A DNA stretch of 64,000 nt from Craspedostauros australis (Eukaryota). A program made the translations under genes and the position numbers. Shown piece by piece: positions 47,744-58,452 of the stretch; within the stretch, counting starts at the first letter, position 1; each line of letters opens with the position of its first letter. The DNA is taken from NCBI GenBank assembly GCA_030167865.1, contig JALAGF010000383.1, positions 62,001 through 126,000 of the forward strand. The letters are read 5' to 3'. The notes under the pieces are model-generated. The model ran no database searches and was not told the origin of the DNA. It saw only the letters and a list, made by a program, of their open reading frames with translations.

Positions 47744-48175
47744 ACTAACAAACGGTCATCTGATTCAACCTCATCAACGCATACATAGTATCGCCCTGCC
47801 CATCAGGTATCATGTTGTTGTACGAGGTGGGCGGACTCGTTTGACGACACGCTCAATCACTTCTATCGAATGTACGCGTCGGTCGTACTCGTACCCCGTT
47901 CCGCTCCACGACGAAACGAGGACTTCGTCACAGAATCACACTCTGTGACAGTATTGGAATAGCTCGTGCTCTGGATTCCATTATTCACTTGTACAACTGT
48001 CTAGGTTTGCCATACGCGTAGGTCGTACGGAACTGGTACTGCACGCATGCTACTAATACATCATGCGTACTCATCGATGCAGGGTACGAGTATGTTTGTC
48101 ATGTGCTCTCCTTGCACGCGACATCTCCTTACCCATGCGCGTAACATCGTCCACTCCTATTTGAGCTCACGCTCT

Positions 48176-49813
48176 TCAGCCCAACGTGGTCTTGTCGCTA
48201 ATATCAACAGCAATCGCAACGAGATTGGCCTCGTTCAGCAACCACTCCTTCGTGTTCTTGCTGGCTCCGCTTGAACTGTCGAGCTCAGCCTTTCTTCTGC
48301 ACTCGGGGACAGATGCCAAATACAACAGGCAGATTGCGTTGACCGGATCAAAGAATATGGAGTCTCCGCCAAGCTTGCTGCAGGCGTGAGCAGCTGGCTT
48401 CTCCATCTCATCCTCGCCAGCTGCGTCGGTTGCGCCAGCGGCCTCAACTGCCGGGGCTTCTTTCACCGTTGCTTTCGCCTCCGTGGTCGTCTTCATCTTT
48501 GCCTTCGCCACCTCCAGCAATGCTTCCCGCATAGCGGCAGATCGCCTCGCATCCTCTTCGCAGTCGTTGGCCAATGACAAGGGCTCAAGCACACGCCACA
48601 CATCCATTTCGCCATCCTTCGTCCAGTAGCCGTACACGTCCTCCCATGTCAAAGCATCGGCCCCGATGCTATTGACGAACTCTTTGTACTTGCGACGCAG
48701 CGGGCCTGCTGCCATCTTCGATCGAAAAAGCAACGAGACAGGCTGGGGACACGCGCATCCCCGTGCTGTGTTCACACTCTTGCAGATCAAACCAGAACTG
48801 CGCACCTTCGTGTCATCTTGGGTCTCATCTTCTTGTCTCAACGATGGGCCGCACTCGGCTGTTGCTATTGGCTTGAAGGAGAGCAATGCAAATCCGCGGG
48901 ACATTTTCGTGGTTGGGTCTTTGGGCCGCATGGCCTCGAACACGGTGGGCAGATCTACCCAATGGACGCCGTACTTGAATCTGGCCGTGTCAAGGATGAG
49001 GACCTTGTCTGAGACTTCATCGTATGCTGCAATGGGAGAAAAGTGACCGCTCCCTGTCTGACCAAGTACCTTGCGAGAGTAGGAAGCAACCAGCAGCTGC
49101 GTCGGTCCAGTTTGCTCCGCGCTTTGCTCGCGGTCTGCGAGGTCATCCGACGACTCGGTGCAAGCAATTCTTACCGCCTGTCGGAAATCATCCAGCTGGT
49201 CATCGCTGTTGCAGTGCGTCGCATCGACGGAGAGGCCCTGGCACTGAGCCAAGCAGACGAAATCTTTGAGCGTGATCCCAGTCTTCGCCACATCTTCCAG
49301 ATCTAAACAGCAGTTCAGCATCCCCTCATGATACCACCGCCACGGCCCTTTCCACGTTTGGCGGGGGTCCACCGCCAGGGCATTCAGCACAACGACCAAG
49401 GTGGAGATGCCGCAGAAGGCGGGCTCGGACTGCGTCGTGAATTGCTCCATCAATGGGAAGTACGACTTCAGCCCATTCGTTTGCAACGCGGACGCAAAAA
49501 TGGACCTGCCCGCAGGCGATGTAAATGCCGTGCACGTTTCCGGCAGTGGACGCTTGTAAAAGGAGACACCGGCTTTGGGGCGGTTCACCTTGGCCTTCAC
49601 AGCATCTGCGTCAGTATCGGCACCTGTTCGATTGACGAGAGCTGCGACTTGCTTGCGAGAAGGACACCGCCCTGCTGGTCCTCGCATTGAGGACGGCAGG
49701 CTGCTGACACCAAGTGACAAGCAACCTTGCATGACGAGCGTGAACAACAGCAGCAGCGGTGTGGAAAGGTGAATCAGTACCAAAAACGATGCGCCACGCT
49801 GCCTTTGGGTCAT
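48176..49813 (-). CDS. PCS: Phytochelatin synthase (glutathione gamma-glutamylcysteinyltransferase)
   Basis: SFYKRPLPETC, then catalytic triad contexts TQSEPAFCG (Cys), GQTGSGHFSP (His) and LILDTARFKY (Asp), plus WKGPWRWYHEGMLNCC and a Cys-containing C-terminal region. The first ATG is 49813; the ORF-track start 49885 is a GTG. Confidence 0.95.
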   Translation of the reverse strand: MTQRQRGASFLVLIHLSTPLLLLFTLVMQGCLSLGVSSLPSSMRGPAGRCPSRKQVAALVNRTGADTDADAVKAKVNRPKAGVSFYKRPLPETCTAFTSPAGRSIFASALQTNGLKSYFPLMEQFTTQSEPAFCGISTLVVVLNALAVDPRQTWKGPWRWYHEGMLNCCLDLEDVAKTGITLKDFVCLAQCQGLSVDATHCNSDDQLDDFRQAVRIACTESSDDLADREQSAEQTGPTQLLVASYSRKVLGQTGSGHFSPIAAYDEVSDKVLILDTARFKYGVHWVDLPTVFEAMRPKDPTTKMSRGFALLSFKPIATAECGPSLRQEDETQDDTKVRSSGLICKSVNTARGCACPQPVSLLFRSKMAAGPLRRKYKEFVNSIGADALTWEDVYGYWTKDGEMDVWRVLEPLSLANDCEEDARRSAAMREALLEVAKAKMKTTTEAKATVKEAPAVEAAGATDAAGEDEMEKPAAHACSKLGGDSIFFDPVNAICLLYLASVPECRRKAELDSSSGASKNTKEWLLNEANLVAIAVDISDKTTLG

Positions 49814-51021
49814 TCGATGGGGATGGCGGTTCGTTTTGTTGAAGGAGAGAGTAGTCTGTTGTTGATGGAAGTCCTCGTGGTGCACGAGTACTCGTACGAG
49901 AATGTAGGTGTGGAGGATGGTCGAGTAGTTATAGTGTTACGAGTGATCCACGGACAGGACGGTGTTGCATCATTCAATCCTGGTGGGTGCCATCATCTTC
50001 GATCACCAATGACCGTGTCTCTGCTTGGCAGGTTTCCTTGTTGGGCACAGGTTTGGTGGTTGGCTCGTCTTGGATGCGATGGGATGGGCGCGGAACAACG
50101 TTCGTTGTTGCTTCGGCCTGCTTCGGCCTGCTTCGGCAGAATCGTCCCCGTGACTTGTTCTCTGTTGGATCACGAATAGCTTCGTTTAGTCGTGCATAAA
50201 TGTGGACGTTGGGCTGTTTTCCACACGGAACGACGACAGCATTAATTTGTATTCAGATATGAGTATATATATATTGTGTCGTAGCAGAAACGATCACCTC
50301 CTCACAATTTCTCCCGACCAACAACGACCAACAACGACCAACTGACAACCAAAACGACGATTTTGCGGATTGGCACATCAAGTGTGCGGAGAGGTGCATC
50401 CAACAGCAACGGTATCGCAACGGCGCAAACAACGTCAACTGCCATGATCGGTGGTGGTAGTACTCACATTGCGCCCGAAATAGTGCGGTGGGAACACCTC
50501 ACCTCACCACACCACACCACACCACACCACACCACAACACTTCTCAACACTTCTCAACACAGCAAAAGCACTACCATCACTACCATCGCTGCCGTCACTG
50601 CCAAATCATTTTCCACATCAAGATACGAGCCGTTCTTGCACTTGGTGGACATACAAGCACATACTAGCACATGCGAGCGCTCTTGCCCTTCCTCTTTCTG
50701 GAACTCGCACTCCGTCCATACAGTACAAGGAATGTTTCATGTAAATTGATTGTCTCCATCATCCCTCAAAGAACGAACGCTTCATTCCAAGACACAATCA
50801 AAGACTACCGACACATCATCAAGCACGCAGGGAACAGAAGCATCGAAAACACGTCTTCATTCGATATCCTCCAATCTCCATCCTCCTCTTAACCATTCAA
50901 TCAAGCATCTGCTGGGTCAATCATCCATCGAACCACCCCTCCACCCCTCGATCAACCCAGCATTATCAAGCTCGGCTACATCCACGAACAAGCCGGCATC
51001 GTTCGAACCAACCACACCGAC

Positions 51022-52245
51022 ATGATGGGCAAGTTATGTTTATTCGTTGGCTTCCTTTGGCTGAATGCAAGCCATATGATCGTCGCTGCAACACCCAAAG
51101 CAAACGAGAATGAGCATGCAGTAATGAGGCCTTTCCAAACGCCTCAGCCTGCGGGACATGCCAAATCCAATTTGATCGCCGATGAATTCATAAAAAAGCG
51201 AGCCCTTTCCGATTCCGATGACACGGCTTCGCCGCTCGCAGGGCCTGCGCCACAGACACCGCCGGATGGGGGAGGACCCAACAACACAACAAGCGGCTGC
51301 ATCGATGTGGGATTTGGGTGTATCGATGCCTCCGAACGGTCATCATCATTCTCCTGGGATGATATTGACCGCCAGAGTGCAGACGAAGAGGGAGATGGGA
51401 ATCCTTCGCGTTTGGCGAAACGCCCCAAGGACCTGGAACTGTTCCTGATAGGTCTGTTTATCTTCGCAGCCATGTGGCTCCTCATCGCGATCATCTACTC
51501 GCTCCTTCTCTTGCTCGTGCTTCACATGCAGGCTCATGGGCAGCTGGATATCTACGACGATGATTTCGGCACCTTTCGGTTCTGCGGAGGCCGCTTGCGC
51601 ATTCGCATGGGATGCATCCTTCGCCGGTACGCCATCCAACTGGACTTGAACGACCAGCAGCGCAGACAGCCACATCAAGAGGGACAACCAAGCACCATCC
51701 GAATCATGACTAGGCACGAACGACGCAATGCGATCGATGCTCTGCTGCAGGCTTGCGTTTCAGAGTCGGCGGAAGAACCTTCAATCGAAAAGCCGCGATC
51801 TCCTGCGAAGTCAACATCTCGGGAAAGTGCACACAGCGATGCCTCAGCTGGACATGCCTCGGTGGCAAGCGAATGCACGTGTGCCATATGCTTGTCGGGA
51901 TATGAAACTGGGGATAAAGTGTACAAGTCGAGCACGTGTTCTCATCACTTCCATCACGAGTGCATTCTGGACTGGCTGCAACGTCGAGCGAACAGCCAAT
52001 GCCCCTGTTGCCGCAAGGATCTTGTCGACGAGGAAGAGGTTTGGCAGCACGTGAAGCAGACCCGAAAAAAGCTCCGCAAACAATCGCAGGGCGAAGCAGT
52101 TGGCCTCAAGGCGAAGCTTGCAAGATGGTTCCTTGGGCGATCGGATGACCAGTCGCTGGTAAGCGAATCGGTGGAAGGTGAAAACACTGACAGCAGCGAC
52201 CACGACGAAAGCGATCTTGAGATAGGGAACTCTTCTGGTCGCTGA
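51022..52245 (+). CDS. Signal-peptide and TM-anchored RING-H2 E3 ubiquitin ligase, 407 aa
   Basis: N-terminal hydrophobic signal, TM helix LFLIGLFIFAAMWLLIAIIYSLLLLLVL, and RING-H2 CAICLSGY...CSHHFHHECILDWL...CPCCR. Confidence 0.9.
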   Translation: MMGKLCLFVGFLWLNASHMIVAATPKANENEHAVMRPFQTPQPAGHAKSNLIADEFIKKRALSDSDDTASPLAGPAPQTPPDGGGPNNTTSGCIDVGFGCIDASERSSSFSWDDIDRQSADEEGDGNPSRLAKRPKDLELFLIGLFIFAAMWLLIAIIYSLLLLLVLHMQAHGQLDIYDDDFGTFRFCGGRLRIRMGCILRRYAIQLDLNDQQRRQPHQEGQPSTIRIMTRHERRNAIDALLQACVSESAEEPSIEKPRSPAKSTSRESAHSDASAGHASVASECTCAICLSGYETGDKVYKSSTCSHHFHHECILDWLQRRANSQCPCCRKDLVDEEEVWQHVKQTRKKLRKQSQGEAVGLKAKLARWFLGRSDDQSLVSESVEGENTDSSDHDESDLEIGNSSGR

Positions 52246-52711
52246 GAGAAAACATAAATAGGAGCATGCATGACTTTACCAATTTGCAGACAAGCATCCA
52301 GCATCCCTTGTCCGTGGCATGGCGAAGTGTGGCGTGGTGTGGCAAAGGCGATAGTATCAACTGATTACACGGCAGATCAGCGTTTGCGCTTGGAGACGAG
52401 GCATCAGGAAAAGCAGCGATGGCATAACGACGACAAGGCATGTTCTTCTCGCTACTGAAATGCCGCGACGACACGCTGGAGTGCAGGCACATCACCCCTC
52501 AAGGACTTGTATTGTAGAACAGGCCCAATCTCTCTCCGAGCGCACGTCGAACAGACAACCATTTCGTGTGAGGACCAACAAGATATTATATCAATATCCG
52601 AGTTTGTGTTATTGCGGCATGGCGCTCCACTGTCCTATGAGTACTCGCAGTACTAGTATGAGCGTGCACGTGTGCGGCTCACCATCCGAGTACACACAGT
52701 GTGACCATGCT

Positions 52712-53500
52712 CTACCAATTCTCGACGCTTGGGCGTACGTCTAGTTCGAACGTCCAGCATGACTTTGGCTGGCATGCGACGTTCCAGTAGGTGTTGGCGA
52801 TCGCATTGGGGTCAATCTTGGTCTCGTCAGAATCATCCTTGCCGATGCCACCGTCGATGATGAAGTATCCGACATGGACGCCCTTGGGTCCCAGATCTCG
52901 CGCCAACGACTGTGCCAGCAAGCGTTGCGCGCCTTTCGCAGGGGCAAAGCCAGCCGAGAAGGGCTTGCCACGAAGGGAAGCCGTTGCGCCTGTCACCAGG
53001 AACGTACCTGCTCCACGTTCCACCATGGCTGGCGCGATGGCCTGGGCAGTCTTCAGCAGACCATGGACGTTGGTTTTCATGCTCTGGTCGAAGCGATCCA
53101 AATCAATCTTGTCGTAGGTGTTCCAAACTCCGTTGCCAGCATTGTAGATGCAAGTGTTGATGGGCCCGAGATCCTTCTTGATGCTGGCAACGGCTGCCTC
53201 GATATCTTCAGGCTTGGTGACATCGCAAGCGTACCCCGTTGCGCTCGGCATCGAGGATTCCGCCGCCTTCAGCTTGTCAATGGAACGGGCAAGGATGGCG
53301 ACCTTGTACCCTTCTGACGCCCATTTTGCTGCACACGCAGCGCCCAAGCCTGGGCCGTATCCGAAGATCACGCAGACTTTCTGTGCTGCACCTGTCGCCA
53401 TGGCTCTTGAATTTGACAAACACAGAAGGAGCAGTAGCGCAATGAGAATATTTGTTGCTCGCGTAGACCTTACGATGTTGAGAGGTGCCAGCGATTTCAT
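52712..53500 (-). CDS. Short-chain dehydrogenase/reductase, atypical active site (FxxxK)
   Basis: Rossmann VIFGYGPGLG, YACDVT, IYNAG, VTGATAS and GFAPAKGAQRLLAQSLARDLGPKGVHV. ATG 53500 gives a signal-like N-terminus; an alternative start is MATG at 53401. Confidence 0.9.
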   Translation of the reverse strand: MKSLAPLNIVRSTRATNILIALLLLLCLSNSRAMATGAAQKVCVIFGYGPGLGAACAAKWASEGYKVAILARSIDKLKAAESSMPSATGYACDVTKPEDIEAAVASIKKDLGPINTCIYNAGNGVWNTYDKIDLDRFDQSMKTNVHGLLKTAQAIAPAMVERGAGTFLVTGATASLRGKPFSAGFAPAKGAQRLLAQSLARDLGPKGVHVGYFIIDGGIGKDDSDETKIDPNAIANTYWNVACQPKSCWTFELDVRPSVENW

Positions 53501-54101
53501 CCGTCGGTCGGAGGTTGTGTGATTATGACTCAAAGGCGACGATGAGAGAGGATGCGGATGAATAGTACTGTGCAGCCAGGCAACTGCGCGTACCTCATGT
53601 TTCTCATCACGTTGCTGTTGCTGGCATCTCCCCGAAGATCCTTTGTGTTCTTTTTCGTTCTTGACGCTGGATCTCTCCGTCTCGAAAGATACCGACACAG
53701 AATCGCTGTTTTGTGGACAAGATGCACGCGGAGTGTGCGCAGACAGGGCAGTAACAGGAAAAGGAAAGCGTGGTGGCGGAAAGCAGCTCGTAGCCGATTG
53801 TCGCTGTCGGTCACACCAACGACGGGCGGAGGATCTTCGACAGTCGTGCGCAAAGTCTACTAACAGAGAGTGCCGCAGCTCGTACTACTACACATACGAC
53901 GAACCATCGCCTGTGCAGTACCAAGAGTCTCTTTTCATCCGAAGATACCCACCCTAACCGTTGTTGGTGTTGCATCCGAAGCAACCGACACCAGCAGAAA
54001 ATCTCACCCCACACCAACATCTTGATCATCAGGCAACATCAGTACTGTACTAGTGGCGTAGATGGTAGAGAAGAATTGGCGACTGCGCGTACGGATGAAG
54101 C

Positions 54102-55376
54102 ATGATGAATCCATTCAAGCCGCATTGGGATCTTTACCCCAAGACGTACACAGCTCCAAAAGCACCGACCTCCTTCCTGGATCAGCTCAACGGGGATTTG
54201 ACCAAGCCTGCGTGGGCATCGGTGCCGTGGTCTGACGATTTTGACGATATCCGCGGAGTGGAAGATGCGCCGCAAGCGGAACGACCGTCGCCATCCTGCC
54301 GCACGCGTTTCAAAGCCATGTGGGACGACACCCATCTGTACTTCGGCGCATTGGTGGAATCGGACTTCGAAACGCAAGCCCACTTCACCGAGCGGAACTC
54401 GCCGATCTATCAGAAAGATTCCGACTTTGAGATCTTCGTCGACCCCATCGGAAGCTGTCACCACTACAAGGAATTTGAAGTGAATGCCATCAATACGGTC
54501 TGGAACCTCATGCTGGACAAACCGTACGGCGACGGCGGCAGGGAGTTTTCGGGGCGAGTTGCCAAGCCTGGGGAAGAGCAGTACTACGAGGTTTACAATC
54601 AACGAAGTGCCACCAAAGTGGTCAAAGGTCGCTTGAACAGCCCCGGCCAAGGGGCGACGTGGTCTGTGGAAGTCGCGATGTCCTTTGACGACTTACTCAA
54701 GGATGAGTTTCTCGAGGATCACGTCGGAGATACGAGCATTGGCTCCACCACCACTCCAGCAGCTGATGACGGCGCACACTCACGCATCAGTCCACCACCT
54801 CCACGGGCTGGCACAATGCTGAGGGTGAATTTCAGCCGGGTGGAACATCAGGGTGATACCAACTGGACATGGCAACCGCAGATTGTATGGGACCCAACAC
54901 GGAGTAGATACGGCGGGTTCATTCAGATGCACTTCCCGGATGCCTGGGGATACCTTGTCCTTGGTGATAGTAGTGACGAGGGCGAACGTGCGTTGCAATC
55001 GAACGGAACGGGTCGTCTGGATCTTACAATCGCGAACAATGGCGATTCGAACGGAAACGCTGGTGCGACCGTCCGTGATCCTAGTTGGCCAGCAAGATTG
55101 GCTGCGATGAATGTCTACTATGCCCAGCACGCCCACCGTGATGCCGAAGGAGTATTCGCGTCGACGATGCAGCAGCTCGCGCCATTCGTTGATCGCAATG
55201 TGACGGAGCCGTTCAGCATCCGGCTGTCGACACAGTCGCCATCGTCGTCGGAGCCATCCAGTGATCACTTCTCCGCGGTGATATCAAGCGAGCACCTGAA
55301 TTGTGAGGTCTCCATCACGGACGATCGACATGTGCAAGTCCAAAACGAGGCAACAGATGTTTCCGATGCGAGATAA
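54102..55376 (+). CDS. Carbohydrate-binding family 9-like (CBM9/DOMON-like) protein, 424 aa, intronless
   Basis: LNGDLTKPAWASVPWSDDFDDIRG, TRFKAMWDDTHLYFGA, DFEIFVDP, YKEFEVNAINTVWNLMLDKPY, WSVEVAM, RVNFSRVE, NWTWQPQ and MHFPDAWGYL. An in-frame stop just upstream (54096-54098) fixes the start, assuming no upstream exon. Confidence 0.82.
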   Translation: MMNPFKPHWDLYPKTYTAPKAPTSFLDQLNGDLTKPAWASVPWSDDFDDIRGVEDAPQAERPSPSCRTRFKAMWDDTHLYFGALVESDFETQAHFTERNSPIYQKDSDFEIFVDPIGSCHHYKEFEVNAINTVWNLMLDKPYGDGGREFSGRVAKPGEEQYYEVYNQRSATKVVKGRLNSPGQGATWSVEVAMSFDDLLKDEFLEDHVGDTSIGSTTTPAADDGAHSRISPPPPRAGTMLRVNFSRVEHQGDTNWTWQPQIVWDPTRSRYGGFIQMHFPDAWGYLVLGDSSDEGERALQSNGTGRLDLTIANNGDSNGNAGATVRDPSWPARLAAMNVYYAQHAHRDAEGVFASTMQQLAPFVDRNVTEPFSIRLSTQSPSSSEPSSDHFSAVISSEHLNCEVSITDDRHVQVQNEATDVSDAR

Positions 55377-56113
55377 ATGTTGCAGCGGATTGCAAGTAGT
55401 ATGATGCACTCGTAGCATGTGCGTGCGCGCGACTTTGGCAAGAGCGTGGGCAACATGAGTGCCGCGTCAGTCTCTTCAAGCGCTGTTGCCCACGCGATGG
55501 TATATGTCGCAATTTGCAGCTTCCTCTGTAAGGCTCGCATTTACTCGCGGTCAATCCACACTTGCAGCCCTTGCTCCCGTTTCGTTCTGCGAGGCCAAGA
55601 GCGAGCGACCGCCTCAGCTTCTCCGCAGAGTGTTAGTGATTGTATGTACCACACGAGAATCATACACAGGCACCTATGCCGGCTACCTACGTACAGGAGC
55701 ATCCGTACAGAATTACCCAGAGCCGGCAACACATCAGGAGGGAATGCGCATTTCGAGTCGTGCATACGAAGACCAAGAAAAGTATCAATGATTTCGTAAA
55801 AGTTCGACTGCTGTGACTCTTGTGACTGCTCCTTCGGAAACTGAAAATCGACGACGAAAGAAGCGCCGCGAAGATCTGTTGTTGTTGTTGTCGTTGCGTT
55901 GTCGTTGCTGTTGTTTTGGATCCTGTCTTCTCTTGTGGTCATGAGCGGAACCGCGGCGAAGAGCGCTGTTGGCCGAGTTGTAGCAGTTCCCGACACAAGA
56001 GAGAGGATCAGGTTGATTTCGAACATTGGGAAGTGCGATACACCATTGCACGAAATCAGCACGAGCAATAGCAATACCAAAAGTAAGAGCAAGAGAGAAA
56101 AAGAACGTCAAAG

Positions 56114-58217
56114 ATGGTTGACAAGAAGGCAGAAGCGAAGAAGGAAGACAAGGGGGCTGCAGGCGCAGCCGACAACTCGCCATCGTCATCGGGAGACAGC
56201 AAGGAGGCATCGGCCGCCGCAAAGAAACTGCCTCCACTGATCGCCGCGTCCCGGCGTTTGGATGCGCAGCTCGGCGGTGGGTTGGCCGCGAAGGATAGAG
56301 CGCTGTACTCTTACATCAACCCAGTCAAGGTGCTGCGGCGATGGCTGGGCATGGCCTCTGGCGCATCCTCGAGCTGCGCCTTGGGTGATATCGCGAAGGC
56401 CGCTGAGAGCTTGCTGGACCCAGAAGGTCCCTGCAAGGCTGGCCGCAACTTGCTGCTCGGATTCGCAGCGCCGGAGAGCGACAAAGCCGAATCCATGGAG
56501 GTCGATGACGCAGCTCCTTCGAAGGATGGCGAAGCGGAGGCACCCGCTTTCCTGTCTCTGTCGTCGGCAAGAGAGATCGAGGGTTGGCTGATCAGCCTGG
56601 CAGTGCGCTTGCTCATCAAGGACAAGAAGTACAGCGAGGCCATGGAGCTGTCGCAGAAGGGAATCGCGATCACACACAAGCACATCCAGGCATCGTCAAG
56701 CCAGCTGACCGCCAAGAACGGATTCTCCGCGAACTCGCTGTTCCCAGGACTTGCCCGGCTGTACAGATACAGGTCGTTGGTGTCGGAACTGCTCAATGAC
56801 CCCAGTCTTGCCGCCGATCTCCGACAGGACTTGGTCAAGGCTCACAACATGGCCTGTCTTCGTCGTGATGTCGACTCCCAGTCGACGTTGCTGAATCTCA
56901 TGCTGAGGGACTACCTGTTGCATGACCAAGGTACGTGACATGGTGTTTATCACAACACGGAGATTTGCGTCGCGATGCCTTTCCCTCGCGTTGCAGCTAG
57001 GTCTCCATGCCTTCCATCTCGTGTGACATGAAACGATGCGATGTGTTGTGTTGTGACGATGTGGCGTGACATGACGGAACGCAAGTGTTTCCTCACTCCG
57101 CAGAATACCATCGTTAGTGATAGTATTCGGTTGAGTGCGGGTCCATCGTATTGTTAGATCAGAGATGCAAGCCATCGCCATGGATGCTCCGCTGCAGAAT
57201 GCGCCGATGAAAGAGATCTGAACCACATTTATATGGCCGGCTACGAAGAAACGAACAAACCTCACGAAGGTGGCCTCATGCACTCACTCGCTCACTCAAT
57301 CTCGCCGCTCCTTCCACTTTCCCGACCGCTCGACCGATCGCCCTGCTTTAACCGCTACGTTTCATTCCATTCCATTAAATTCCATTTCATACCCAGTCGA
57401 ACAAGCGCACAAGCTCCTGACGAATTCGACCTTCCCCGACTCCGCGTCGAACAATCAGCTCTGCCGTTACCTGTACAACAGCGGCCGAATCCACGCGCTG
57501 AGACTCGAGTACACCAAAGCATTCTCCAGCCTCTCCCAGTCGTTGCGGAAGGCGCCCAGCAACACAGGGTTGGGATTCCGCATCGAAGTGCAGCGCTTGC
57601 TGATTGTGGTGCAATTGCTGATGGGCGAGATCCCGGATCGGCATCTTTTCTTCACCGAAGGCATGAAAACAGAGCTGGCTCCGTACCTTCGTATCACGCA
57701 GGCTGTTCGCAAGGGAGACCTGAAGACGTTCACGGCTGTCGTGTCTGAAAATGCTCCTCGCCTTCAAAAGGACCGCACTTACACGCTCATCTCGCGTCTT
57801 GCTCATCAGGTCGTGAAGGCAGGATTGCGCAAGCTGCACATCAGCTATTCCCGAATGTCGTTGCAGGACGTTGCCGATCGTTTGGGACTTCCTTCTGCAA
57901 CTTCGGCTGAATTTGTGGTGGCAAAGGCCGTTCGCGACGGTGTGCTGGATGCCACGATCCACCACGAGGAGGGGTACATGCAGAGCCACGACCTCGTCGA
58001 TGTCTACGCCACGCAGGAACCGGCAGAGGCATTCCACAGACGTATCGCGTACTGCTTGACAACGCACAACGACGCCGTCCGAGCCATGCGCTATCCGCCA
58101 GATGAGTACAAGCGTCAGCTGGAGGCCAGCCGCGGGAACCGTGGCAAGAGCAGCGACGACAAGACCGACGAGGAGAAGGCAAGAGAATTAGAGGATGAGA
58201 TGGATGATGACTACTAA
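56114..58217 (+). CDS. RPN3: 26S proteasome regulatory subunit RPN3 (PSMD3), 2 exons
   Basis: Exons 56114-56930 and 57397-58217, intron gtacgt..ccag, phase 1. Motifs: STLLNLMLRDYL, SNNQLCRYLYNSGRIHALRLEY, VVQLLMGEIPDR, ISYSRMSL, AEFVVAKAVRDGV, DVYATQEPAEAFHRRI and AVRAMRYP. Confidence 0.96.
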
Positions 58218-58452
58218 GCGCCGCGACCGGAGTGTTGAAAGATGGCGGGCAGACAGAAGGTGGTAGCCACTCGGCGCTTGCAGCGCTGCCAATACTCGCG
58301 CGGGTAGTATGGTATTAAGTTGACTTTGCGTCCCAACTGTTCACGCTCTTCTACTCGTACATACTGTGGAACTCCCCGCTGACCAGCCTCTAATCGATGA
58401 TGGCATTCTCTATCTCCTTCGGGCATCACCGCCGTGAAGTTCAATAGTACTG

